DNA of 64,000 nucleotides, from NCBI RefSeq assembly GCF_036741115.1, contig NZ_DAINST010000002.1, positions 2,463 to 66,462 on the forward strand. Direction: 5' to 3'. The number at the start of each line of letters is the position of its first letter. The first letter of the stretch is position 1. Origin of the DNA: Dietzia sp. (lineage in GTDB: Bacteria; Actinomycetota; Actinomycetes; Mycobacteriales; Mycobacteriaceae). The translations under genes were made by a program, and so were the position numbers. Positions 8,714 through 17,822 of this stretch are shown here, in pieces. The notes beneath the pieces were generated by a model. It made no database searches, was not told the origin of the DNA, and saw nothing but the letters and a program-made list of their open reading frames with translations.

Positions 8714-9961
8714 ATGAGCATCACGATCATGAGCAACTCACCTCGCGCCAAGGGCGCCCTTCCGCAGCGCGCTGCAACCGGCTTCATCGCGCCCCTCGAG
8801 GGCATGCGCGCGATCGCCGCCGTCGGTGTTGTCACCACTCACGTCGCGTTCCTCACGGGCACGTCGACGGGCTCGGTGATCGCCCGGATCTGGGGCCGCT
8901 TCGACCTGTGGGTCGCTGTGTTCTTCGCGCTCTCGGGTTTCCTCATGTGGCGCGGGATCGCTCGCGCGGCGCGCGCCGACGCGCCCCCGCGCCCCGCGGG
9001 GAGCTACTTCCGTTCCCGCGCCGCACGCATCCTCCCCGCATACCTGGCCATGGCGCTGACGGCGCTCGTCCTCCTCCCCGGCAACGTCGGATTGCCCATC
9101 CGCGACTGGATCGCCAACCTGCTGCTCCTCCAGGTCTTCGTCCCCGGCTCCCTCGTCGACGGGCTCACGCACGCGTGGTCCCTATCCGTCGAGGCGACGT
9201 TCTACGTGGTGCTGCCCGTGCTGTGGCTTGCACTGCGCCCGCTGTCCGGGCGGGCGGCGCGGTGGCGGGCTCCGATCATCGCGGCGGTTGCCGTCATCTC
9301 TCTCGGCTGGGCCTACCTCCCGCTCGCCGCGTGGGGGCTGCCAGGGGAGGTCAATACGCACACCCTCCCGCCGGCCTTTGCTTCGTGGTTCGCCGCCGGG
9401 ATGTTGCTCGCCGAGTTCGTGGCGGCGCCGCCCGCGTGGCTGCTGAGGCTGTACGCGGCGCGCTGGTCGCGCTGGGCGTGGTGGGCGCTCGCGGCGGCCG
9501 TCTTCCTCACCACGACGAGCACACGCCTCTACACCGAGGGTTTCGTCCAGGCGACGCCGGCGGAGTTCGCGGGGCGCACGTTCTCGGGCGCGCTCATCGC
9601 ATGGTGCCTGCTCTCGCCGCTGGTGCTCGCGGCGCCCGGCGCGCGCTTCCGCGTGCTGTCCTCGCCGCCGATGCTCGCACTCGGCCGCTGGTCGTACGGG
9701 ATCTTCCTGTGGCACGTGCTCGTTCTGCAGCTGCTCTTCTCGCCGCTCGACGTGCCGATGTTCGGCGGGCACATGGCGCTCATGTGGGTGGCCACGCTGC
9801 TCGTGACCATCGTCGTCGCCGCCGCAAGCTACTCCTGGGTCGAGGAGCCGGCGCGCCGCTTCTGGTCCGCGCGCTCCGCCGCTCGCGCCGAGCGCTCCGC
9901 CGAGGAGTCGAGCGTCGCCCGGGCGAAGACCACCGAGAGCGCGGCGAGCCCGAAGAGCTGA
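8714..9961 (+). CDS. acyltransferase family 3 integral membrane protein (Rv0228/TmaT-like position)
   Basis: ATG at 8714 (MSITIMSNSPRAK). Motifs: GFIAPLEGMRAIAAVGVVTTHVAF, FFALSGFLMWRG, WSLSVEATFYVVLP and C-terminal SYSWVEEPARRFW. About 10 TM helices. Confidence 0.85.
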   Translation: MSITIMSNSPRAKGALPQRAATGFIAPLEGMRAIAAVGVVTTHVAFLTGTSTGSVIARIWGRFDLWVAVFFALSGFLMWRGIARAARADAPPRPAGSYFRSRAARILPAYLAMALTALVLLPGNVGLPIRDWIANLLLLQVFVPGSLVDGLTHAWSLSVEATFYVVLPVLWLALRPLSGRAARWRAPIIAAVAVISLGWAYLPLAAWGLPGEVNTHTLPPAFASWFAAGMLLAEFVAAPPAWLLRLYAARWSRWAWWALAAAVFLTTTSTRLYTEGFVQATPAEFAGRTFSGALIAWCLLSPLVLAAPGARFRVLSSPPMLALGRWSYGIFLWHVLVLQLLFSPLDVPMFGGHMALMWVATLLVTIVVAAASYSWVEEPARRFWSARSAARAERSAEESSVARAKTTESAASPKS

Positions 9962-12900
9962 GCGGTGATCGAGTCGCCGCCCCACACCGTTCCCGGCCAG
10001 GGCTGACGGCCCACGAGCGCCGCGCCCACGGCGAGCGCGCCCGCGGAGAGCAGCGGTGCGGCGCGCGGCGGGAGGCGACGCAGCCAGAGGATCGCGGCCC
10101 CGAACATCGCCAGCCCGGGGATGCCGCCGAGGAACAGCCCCGCGACCGCGCCGCCGATCGCCCAGCGGCGGCGGGTGCCCCGGATGGGCTCCGCCGCGGC
10201 ACCGGCGCGGTCGTGCCCGCGGGCGAAGAGCATCCACAAAACGAAGACCAGCGCGAATGGTCCAGTCGCGAGGGCCGCCCTGTACGGGGTGTCGAGGGGG
10301 AACGTGAGCACGACGCGCGCCCCTGCGGGGGCACCGGCAGGAAGCACGAAGCCCTGTTGCCAGCCGCCTACGGGCACCGCGGAGAGTGGCGTGGAGCCGT
10401 CGGCCGTGACGAGCCGCGCCGTCCATCCGGTGTTGTACGACTGCGGGACCACGAGGAGGCTCCCGGTGTCGCCCGTCGGCGAATCGAGCGAGAGCTCGCG
10501 GCGCGCCGGCGACCACTGTTCGACGGAAGTAGAGACGCGCTTCTGCTCGACCGCGCCGAGCGTCCGCCCCGCGAGCCCTGGAGGGCTCAGCTCGATGCCG
10601 TCGACGCTCAACGCGGGGCCCGGATCCACCTCGACCGTGGTGTGCCCGGCCGGCAGATCGAGGGCGGTGTCGGCCGTGGTCCCGCACGGCGCGGCGAGGA
10701 CGGGAGTGCCGCGGCGGAGGTCGTCGACGCTCGCGCGCAGGGTCATCCGCGTGGAGGACACGGTTTGTCCGCCGTCATCCACGACCTTCACCTCGGGCCC
10801 TGCGGAGCACGGCACCTCCACGAGGTCGCCAGACGAGCCGAGGGCCGGGGCGAGAGACTCGCCGCGCGCGCCGAGCACATCGACCTCGCCGAGAGCGACG
10901 GGGCGGGGCACGAAGCCCTCGCCGGCGTCATTGCGGACGTTGGACCACTCGGTGATCCGGAGGGTCACCTCGTCGTTCGTGGCCCGCGGCAGGTCGAGGA
11001 CCCACGAGCCGTCGGACTCGGCGGGCACGTCGGCGAGGTCGAACTCGGTGGTGCGGTCGCCGACCGCGACCTCGATCTTCTCGGGCTCGGCGCCGTCGAC
11101 GGCGGGGGCCGGGGTCACACGCACGGCGCCGACCGCGCCGCGCCGCGGCAGCGAGACCTTTAGCTCGGGTGTGGGGGTCTCGGCATCGGCGTCGGCGCCG
11201 TCCTTGCCGTCGCCCGAGCCCGAGCTGGTCGTCTCCCCCGCGACCACTCGGTCGCGCTCGGGGATCGTGTCGGTGGGGGCACGCCACGCAGTGAGCGGGT
11301 CGCCGTCCACGGCGGCGAGCGCGTTGCCCATCGGATCGTCGACATCCGAAGCACCGCTCGCCGTGCGCTCCGCGCGCCCGGCGGTGAGCAGCGAGTCCAG
11401 TTCGGCGCCGGGCCGCGCGCGCATCGTGAGCACAGGCCGCAGCTTTTCGGCGGCCGCCAGATCGAGGGTGCGCGAGAACGTGCCCGGCTCCTCCGCCGCC
11501 ATCTCGAGGCTCGAATCGCATGGCGTGGCGCGTTCGGCGCCCGGGCGGTTCCCCGGCCCGGCGATACGCCCGGCCTCGGGCAGGCACGCCGAGCGCCCCG
11601 GGTAGTCGGTCCCCAGCGACCAGCCGAGGACCTGCCCGTCGGCGCGCGGCACGTCGACCCCGCGGCGAGGGAGAACATCCTGCCCCGCGCTCGTGAGTCC
11701 GAGTTCGGAGACCTCGAACGCCGTGCCGCGCGTCCCGGACTCCGTGGCGGCGGCCCGGATCTCGATAAAAGTAGTGGGCCCGGCGGGGAGCGCCACCGAA
11801 GCGGCCGTGCCCGGGGTGATGCTCTGCAGCGCCGTGCCGTTGTCCGTGCGCACCTCGACCCGCACCACCGGCGAGCCCTTCTGTTCTTCGGCGGGCGGCG
11901 TGAGCATCCGCAGCAACAGGCGGTCTCGCGGCTGTGCGATGTCGATGCGCACGCTCTGCCCGAACGCGCCGTAGCCGGTCCGCGAGCGCCACGAGGTGCG
12001 CTCGTCGCGGTCGGCCAGCGCGGCGACGCCGAGCCCGATCTGCACGGGCCCGGGCTGGTTCGCGTCGCCTGCCGAGCTCGACACGCCGATCGAGCCGCCG
12101 CTCCAGCTCGCGGAGGTCCGGCCCCGTGCGCCCGCGGCCGCGTTGCCCTCGGAATCCTGGTCCGGATCCCCGACCTGCGCGGCGTAGTCGGGTAGCGGGC
12201 TCAGCGTTTCCCGCTCCTGCCCGGGCGTGCGCAGCTCGGAGGTGGATTGGGTCGCGCGCCCGAAGTCCGTCTCGCGGTTCGTCGGGGAATCCGTGCCGAT
12301 GACGGCGGTCGGCGCGATCCCCGCGCCGGCGGCGTCACCGGCGAGCAGCCGCGCGGTTGGATCGACTGGCCCTTGCGCGCGCAGTGCGGCGACGTCGTCG
12401 AGCCGCGCGAGGGATTCCGGCCCGCCGGCGACCTGCGGCACCTGGTCGAGCGGGACGGTGTAGGGCTGCTGCGCGGCGTCGGTTCCGGGGCCGACACGGT
12501 AGATCACGATCGGCGGCACCTCCGGGCGGAATCCGGAGTCCACGGTGGCCGTGGCCTCAGCACCGACCACGGGCTCGGAGCCGAGCGGCTCACCGAAACT
12601 CGCTACGGGCGTGAACCCGCCGGAGGAACGCAGCGCCTCGTGCACGAGCGCCGGCCGGGTGCGGCTCTGGTCGGGGACGAGATCGGCGCGGACCACGACA
12701 TAGCCGATGCCCTGCTGCTCGAGCGTCGCAGACAAGCCGGGCGCGGGCCGGCCGGAGTCGAAGACCCGCTGCACGGAATCGAGTGCACGGATCGCGGGCG
12801 CGGGTTGCAGGGGAATCGAGTCGCGGACGGCCCATGGCGATTTTGCGAGGGGCTGCAATGTCTCGTCCCTGCTCGTCCCCCACACCTGCACGCCGAACGA

Positions 12901-14418
12901 GGTTCCGGGGGCGACGAGCGTCCGCGAATCGGAGGCGTTCTCGGCGAGCCAGCCGGCGGCCTCGTCCCAGTACGAGGCGGGCGCGTCGTGCGGGCCGTTG
13001 TCGGCGAGCTCCCCCTTCCACACCGGCACGACCGCGAGCGCGAGCGCGAGGACCACCGCGAGCGCCGCAGCGAGCCCCGGGTAGGCCTCGACGTGCTCGA
13101 GCCGTCGCACCAGGCCGGGCGCGGCGCCCCGCTCGCCCGAGGCACCGTCCCTGTCCCCGGCACTGGCCCTGCCCCTGACGGCGGACGCCGCTCTCCCCAG
13201 CGCGTACGCGAGGCCGAGCACGATCGGGATCCTTCCGACGGGCTCCCATTTGTGAAGGTTCCGGAGCGGCGCGGCGGCGCCGTCGAGGAAATCGCGCACG
13301 GCGCTGGCGAGCGGGAAATGCGGGGCGAGGTGGGAGTCCCAGGTGCCCATGTAGGCCGCCGTCATCGCTAAGAGCCCCACCCCGAGCATGAGCGCGAGCC
13401 GGTCGCGGTGCGGGATGGCCGGGGCCGGGGCCCGATCGCGCCCATCGGCGCGCGCCTTGGCGGCCGGCCACGCGAGACCGGCGAGGCCGGCGCCGGCGAC
13501 GACGGCGGTCGCGACGATCACCAGCGGGGAAGAGACGAGCGGGGCGTTCGCCGGCACGGCCGGGGAGACGTAGGGGACCCAGGCGCTGGTGCCGCGCACG
13601 ACCTCGACGAGGGCGGCCCAGCGGGAGGTCACGGCCGAGGACTCGATGTAGTCGAGGAAGGGCGGCGCGACACCACCGAGCACGAAGAGCGGCACGATCC
13701 ACCACAGGCTGACCAGCGCGGAGAGCCCGATCCACCACGCGGCGACCCGCCGCCACGTCCTATTGGGCCGGCACGTGAGCAGCCAGATCAGCGCGGGGAG
13801 GCACGCGGCGACCGTGGCGACGGCGTTGACCGCGCCCATGAGCGCGAGCGCCAGCGCCCCCGCCGCCCCCGCTCGGCGCGGAGTCCAACGCCCGGTGAGC
13901 CCCGCGTGCACTGCGAGGAGCACCCACGGAGCGAACATCATGGGCCAGATCTCCGAGGAGATCGAGGTGAGCGAGGTGAGGACCTTCGGCGCGCCGACGT
14001 AGGCGAGCGCGGCTAGCACCCGCCACGGACCGGTAGCAATACCGAGTGCGCGGGCGAGCCGGTAGAGACCGGAGAAGCCGACCGTGAGCGCGATCGCCCA
14101 CCACAGGCGCTCCGTGAGCCACGGCGGGACGTGGGCGAGCTGCCCCAGCGCGAAGAAGGCGCCGTGGGGGAAGAGGTAGCCGTAGGCCTGGTTCTGCACC
14201 TGCCCGGAGAACGACTGGTCGGTCCAGACGTGCAGGCTGCGGCCGAGGAAGCCCGCCGGGTCGACGAGCAGGTCGTATTTCGTGTCCGAGACGATCTGGC
14301 CGGGCGATTGCAGCCCGACGACGATCAGGAAGAACGGGAAAGAAAAGAGGACATCCGCGAGCGGGACGCCGAGGAGGTTACAAACCCGGGCCCGGAGCGG
14401 CGCGGACGCCGTGCTCAC
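9829..14418 (-). CDS. aftD: alpha-(1->3)-arabinofuranosyltransferase AftD family (DUF3367) protein
   Basis: 1529 aa. The N-terminal GT-C block DTKYDLLVDPAGFLGRSLHVWTDQSFSGQVQNQAYGYLFPHGAFFALG matches the AftD signature. It has a huge periplasmic middle region and C-terminal TM helices. The DUF2613 gene lies directly upstream, as in M. tuberculosis Rv0236c/Rv0236A. Confidence 0.9.
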   Translation of the reverse strand: MSTASAPLRARVCNLLGVPLADVLFSFPFFLIVVGLQSPGQIVSDTKYDLLVDPAGFLGRSLHVWTDQSFSGQVQNQAYGYLFPHGAFFALGQLAHVPPWLTERLWWAIALTVGFSGLYRLARALGIATGPWRVLAALAYVGAPKVLTSLTSISSEIWPMMFAPWVLLAVHAGLTGRWTPRRAGAAGALALALMGAVNAVATVAACLPALIWLLTCRPNRTWRRVAAWWIGLSALVSLWWIVPLFVLGGVAPPFLDYIESSAVTSRWAALVEVVRGTSAWVPYVSPAVPANAPLVSSPLVIVATAVVAGAGLAGLAWPAAKARADGRDRAPAPAIPHRDRLALMLGVGLLAMTAAYMGTWDSHLAPHFPLASAVRDFLDGAAAPLRNLHKWEPVGRIPIVLGLAYALGRAASAVRGRASAGDRDGASGERGAAPGLVRRLEHVEAYPGLAAALAVVLALALAVVPVWKGELADNGPHDAPASYWDEAAGWLAENASDSRTLVAPGTSFGVQVWGTSRDETLQPLAKSPWAVRDSIPLQPAPAIRALDSVQRVFDSGRPAPGLSATLEQQGIGYVVVRADLVPDQSRTRPALVHEALRSSGGFTPVASFGEPLGSEPVVGAEATATVDSGFRPEVPPIVIYRVGPGTDAAQQPYTVPLDQVPQVAGGPESLARLDDVAALRAQGPVDPTARLLAGDAAGAGIAPTAVIGTDSPTNRETDFGRATQSTSELRTPGQERETLSPLPDYAAQVGDPDQDSEGNAAAGARGRTSASWSGGSIGVSSSAGDANQPGPVQIGLGVAALADRDERTSWRSRTGYGAFGQSVRIDIAQPRDRLLLRMLTPPAEEQKGSPVVRVEVRTDNGTALQSITPGTAASVALPAGPTTFIEIRAAATESGTRGTAFEVSELGLTSAGQDVLPRRGVDVPRADGQVLGWSLGTDYPGRSACLPEAGRIAGPGNRPGAERATPCDSSLEMAAEEPGTFSRTLDLAAAEKLRPVLTMRARPGAELDSLLTAGRAERTASGASDVDDPMGNALAAVDGDPLTAWRAPTDTIPERDRVVAGETTSSGSGDGKDGADADAETPTPELKVSLPRRGAVGAVRVTPAPAVDGAEPEKIEVAVGDRTTEFDLADVPAESDGSWVLDLPRATNDEVTLRITEWSNVRNDAGEGFVPRPVALGEVDVLGARGESLAPALGSSGDLVEVPCSAGPEVKVVDDGGQTVSSTRMTLRASVDDLRRGTPVLAAPCGTTADTALDLPAGHTTVEVDPGPALSVDGIELSPPGLAGRTLGAVEQKRVSTSVEQWSPARRELSLDSPTGDTGSLLVVPQSYNTGWTARLVTADGSTPLSAVPVGGWQQGFVLPAGAPAGARVVLTFPLDTPYRAALATGPFALVFVLWMLFARGHDRAGAAAEPIRGTRRRWAIGGAVAGLFLGGIPGLAMFGAAILWLRRLPPRAAPLLSAGALAVGAALVGRQPWPGTVWGGDSITAQLFGLAALSVVFARATLDSSAERSARAAERADQKRRAGSSTQE

Positions 14419-14424
14419 CGCCGG

Positions 14425-14595
14425 TTAGTTACGCGAGCCGTACTCGACCTGGCCGAACAAGGCCTGGTCCGCAGGCGGGGTGTCGAGCTCGGGGACCGAG
14501 TTCTGCGCGAAGGCCGCGCCTCCGATGAGGGCGACGGCCACGCCGACGACGGCTCCGGCCACCAGGCCGACCACGCCACTGGTCATTGACTTCAT
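14425..14595 (-). CDS. small secreted/membrane protein, DUF2613 (Rv0236A-like)
   Basis: Not in the track because it is under 60 aa. GGAGGA RBS, then ATG: MKSMTSGVVGLVAGAVVGVAVALIGGAAFAQNSVPELDTPPADQALFGQVEYGSRN. The single TM and the C-terminal VEYGxR motif resemble Rv0236A. It ends 6 nt before the aftD start. Confidence 0.8.
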   Translation of the reverse strand: MKSMTSGVVGLVAGAVVGVAVALIGGAAFAQNSVPELDTPPADQALFGQVEYGSRN

Positions 14596-14602
14596 CTAAG
14601 GA

Positions 14603-14664
14603 TCCTCCGCTGCGTTCGCACCGCCCTGCCTCCGGGCATTTCGAGGCGAGCGTCCTCCGCTGCG
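14603..14664. repeat. 12-nt direct repeat tcctccgctgcg (14603-14614 and 14653-14664)
   Basis: Exact duplication read directly. On the minus strand each copy contains GGAGGA. The proximal copy is the RBS of the DUF2613 gene, and the distal copy precedes a 15-codon uORF (14639..14592). Confidence 0.6.
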
Positions 14665-14898
14665 ACTTTAACAGCAGCACCGGCACGGACCCAACGGCAC
14701 GGCGCGGCGAGATGCGGGCGAGCAGCCCGGCGGGCGAGCATCGGCGGACCGCTTTCTCCCCATCCGGGTGACGCCGGATGTTACCGGCGGGTAATGTATG
14801 TCACAGCGCGGGCGCCCAGGGCTCCCGTAGAGGACAGTTCGCAGGCAGGGGCAACGGCCGAGCGCAGGCGAGGCGAGACCGAAGAGTCGGAGGTGCAC

Positions 14899-15633
14899 GT
14901 GGCGAGAAGGACTACGCTGGCGGCAACGAAACCGGCGCCGAGCGGCAAATCGCAGACGGGCAAACAGCCGACGGACAACTCGCAGTCCGGCAAAAGGCAG
15001 TCCGGAAAGTCCAAGAACGCCCGGACCTCCAAGCGCATCCCGCGCGCGATTCGCGAGCAGCAGATGCTCGATGCGGCGATCTCGATCTTCGCCGAGCACG
15101 GCTACCGCTCGACCTCGATGGATGCCATCGCGAAGGCGGCGGACACCTCGAAGCCTATGCTCTACCTCTACTTCGGCTCCAAGGAAGAGCTTTTCCTCGC
15201 GTGCGTCACCCGCGAGTCCGGGCGGCTCATCGACACCCTCAGCTCGCAGATCGCCCCGGACGACACGGGCAGAGAGCGCCTCCGCAAAGTCATCACCTCG
15301 TTCCTCGAGTTCGTCGAGACGAACGCGGATTCGTGGAACGTCGTCTACCGTCAGGCCGAAGCCGAGCCGCCGTTCCGCGAGACTGTTCAGTCGACCCGCA
15401 AGCTCTTCATCGAGCTCACCGCCGATCTCCTCGAACGCTCCACGGCAGAGACCTATTCGAGGGAGGACGCCGAACTCATCGCCGTCGCCCTCGTCGGCGC
15501 GGGCGAGTCCGTCGCCGACCGGGTCGCCTCGCACACGGTCGAGAAGAAGGCGGCCGCCGATCTCATCGTCCAGCTCGGCTGGTCCGGGCTCTCCGGCACA
15601 GAGTCCGCAGGCGTACCCCGCGCCCGCCGCTAG
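14899..15633 (+). CDS. TetR/AcrR family transcriptional regulator with a Lys/Gln/Ser-rich N-terminal extension
   Basis: HTH: MLDAAISIFAEHGYRSTSMDAIAKAADTSKPMLYLYFGSKEELF. The track ORF starts at 14794. I favour the GTG at 14899 or 14893, preceded by GGAGG, but the start is uncertain. Confidence 0.8.
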   Translation: MARRTTLAATKPAPSGKSQTGKQPTDNSQSGKRQSGKSKNARTSKRIPRAIREQQMLDAAISIFAEHGYRSTSMDAIAKAADTSKPMLYLYFGSKEELFLACVTRESGRLIDTLSSQIAPDDTGRERLRKVITSFLEFVETNADSWNVVYRQAEAEPPFRETVQSTRKLFIELTADLLERSTAETYSREDAELIAVALVGAGESVADRVASHTVEKKAAADLIVQLGWSGLSGTESAGVPRARR

Positions 15634-15674
15634 CGCCCCACCACGAAAGAATCGACACAGGGAGAGTCTTGTCC

Positions 15675-17558
15675 GTGAACCCGCAGCCCAAGCAACACAC
15701 GGAGAACCGATACAAGCGAGTGACCGCGCTCGACGTCGCCCGCGGGATTCCGGACATGATCCCCGACCTCCCCAGCGTGTTCCGCGGGCTCGTGCTTCTG
15801 CGCACCATCCGCAAGAGCCACCGCCGCTCCATCGGCCAGGTGTTCGAGAAAAACGTCGAACGCCACCCGGACTCGCCGTTCATCCGCTTCGCCGGCGAGA
15901 CCCTCACCTATGCCGAGTCCAACGCGCGGATCAACCGGATCGCCTCCGTGCTGACGGCGAAGGGCGTGGGTTCCGGGGACACCGTCGGCATCTGCATCAC
16001 CAATAGGCCCGAGGCGCTCCTCTCCGTCATCGCCACGGTCAAGCTCGGCGCCAACGCGGGGATGATCAACGTCAACCAGCGCGGCGACGTCCTCGACCAC
16101 TCGCAGAAGCTCCTCGGCTCGAAAGTCGTGCTCGTCGGGGCGGAGTGCGCCGAGGCCTTCGAGTCGCTCCCCTCCGGTTCGGAATGGGTCGGCGAAGTCA
16201 TCGGCGTCGAATCGGACCGCGACCTTCGCGTCGGCTCGTACACGGCCGGCGAGCGCACCGAGTCGATGGCCGCGCTGCCGTGGCTCGGGGAGACGATCTC
16301 CGAGTTGGGCGATCGCGCGAGCGCGGAGAACCCGCCGTCGACCGGCAAGGTGACGGCCGGCGAGACCGCTTACCAGATCTTCACCTCCGGAACCACGGGG
16401 ATGCCCAAGGCGTCGAAGATGTCGCACCTGCGGTGGAACAAGGCGATGGTCGCGTTCGGCCTCTCCGGGGCACGCCTGCGCCACACCGACGTGCTTTACT
16501 GCCCGCTGCCGCTGTATCACAACAACGCGCTGACGGTCGCGCTGTCCGCTGTGCTCGGTGGCGGGGGTTGCCTCGCGATCTCGGAGAAGTTCTCGGCACG
16601 CCGCTTCTGGTCGGAGATAGTCGACTCGCAGGCCACCGCCTTCATCTACATCGGCGAGCTGTGCCGCTATCTCCTCAACCAGGCCGAGCGCCCCGAGGAG
16701 CACGAGCATTCCCTGCGGATGATCCTGGGCAACGGCCTCCGCCCGGAAATTTGGAAGGAATTCCAGGAGCGCTTCCGGATTCCCCGCGTCTGCGAGTTCT
16801 ACGCCGCCTCCGAATCGCCCGTCGCATTCGTCAACGCGTTCAGCATCGACGCCACCGCAGGATTCACCACCGTCCCGCACAAGCTCGTCAAGGTCGATAC
16901 CGATACCGAAGAGCTCATTCGCGGTGCCGACGGCAAACTCGTCGAGGCCAAGCCGGGCGAGATCGGGCAGATGATCGGCCACATCACCAAGACCACGCCC
17001 TTCGACGGATACACCTCGAAGGAGGCGACGGAGAGGAAGATCGTCCGCGACGCCTTCAAGAAGGGCGATGCCTGGTTCCTCTCCGGCGACCTCATGTTCA
17101 ACCAGGGCTTCAACCACGTGGCCTTCGTGGACCGGCTGGGCGACACCTTCCGCTGGAAGGGCGAGAACGTCGCCACCACCGAGGTGGAGGGGGCGTTCGC
17201 CGGTATCGACGGCGTGGATACGGCGACCGTCTACGGAGTCCAGATCCCCGGCGCGGATGGCCGCGCCGGCATGGCCGCGCTCAAGCTCGTGGACGACGCG
17301 GAGTTCGACCCGGTCGCCACCGCACATGCGCTCACCGCGCGCCTCCCCGGCTACGCGGTACCGCTGTTCATCCGACTCGTCGACCAGGTCGCCCAGACCT
17401 CCACGTTCAAGGTGCAGAAGTCCTCGCTCAAGAAGGAGGGCTACGACGCCTCCGCGACGAAGGACCCCATCTACGTCTTCTGCCAGTCCGAGTGCACCTT
17501 CGTCCCGTACTACGAGGGCGCGGAGCTCGATGCGGCTGCGGGCTCGGTCTCCTCGTAA
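15675..17558 (+). CDS. very-long-chain acyl-CoA synthetase / fatty-acid transport protein family (FadD6-like)
   Basis: GTG at 15675 after GGAGAG. AMP-binding motif YQIFTSGTTGMPKAS and FATP signature DRLGDTFRWKGENVATTEVE. The upstream part of track ORF 14778..17558 overlaps the TetR gene in another frame. Confidence 0.85.
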   Translation: MNPQPKQHTENRYKRVTALDVARGIPDMIPDLPSVFRGLVLLRTIRKSHRRSIGQVFEKNVERHPDSPFIRFAGETLTYAESNARINRIASVLTAKGVGSGDTVGICITNRPEALLSVIATVKLGANAGMINVNQRGDVLDHSQKLLGSKVVLVGAECAEAFESLPSGSEWVGEVIGVESDRDLRVGSYTAGERTESMAALPWLGETISELGDRASAENPPSTGKVTAGETAYQIFTSGTTGMPKASKMSHLRWNKAMVAFGLSGARLRHTDVLYCPLPLYHNNALTVALSAVLGGGGCLAISEKFSARRFWSEIVDSQATAFIYIGELCRYLLNQAERPEEHEHSLRMILGNGLRPEIWKEFQERFRIPRVCEFYAASESPVAFVNAFSIDATAGFTTVPHKLVKVDTDTEELIRGADGKLVEAKPGEIGQMIGHITKTTPFDGYTSKEATERKIVRDAFKKGDAWFLSGDLMFNQGFNHVAFVDRLGDTFRWKGENVATTEVEGAFAGIDGVDTATVYGVQIPGADGRAGMAALKLVDDAEFDPVATAHALTARLPGYAVPLFIRLVDQVAQTSTFKVQKSSLKKEGYDASATKDPIYVFCQSECTFVPYYEGAELDAAAGSVSS

Positions 17559-17822
17559 ACTGGCATCTTCTCGTCAACCGATCTCTCATCTGCGGGCCTG
17601 CGCGCAGCGGTTCTCCCGCCGGCGCACCCAGCCGCGCGCGAGGAGCGTCACAGCGTGCCGCGCGGGCACGAGCGCACGCACCTCATTAGGATCAGCTCAA
17701 GCGTTTCGGCGTGCGCCGGCGCCCGGATCGGCCTCGTCGCCCGGGCTCGGTCACCGTCACGAGCCGGGAGTACTCGTCGAGCAACTACCGAGCTAAAGAG
17801 CCATCGAGCACAGCAGGGGGAG

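Noticed and set aside
8464-11163. 899-aa plus-strand ORF spanning the acyltransferase gene and the aftD 3' region
   Set aside because: Arg/Pro/Gly-rich nonsense. The acyltransferase_3 frame (8714..9961) and the AftD frame on the other strand carry the recognisable motifs.
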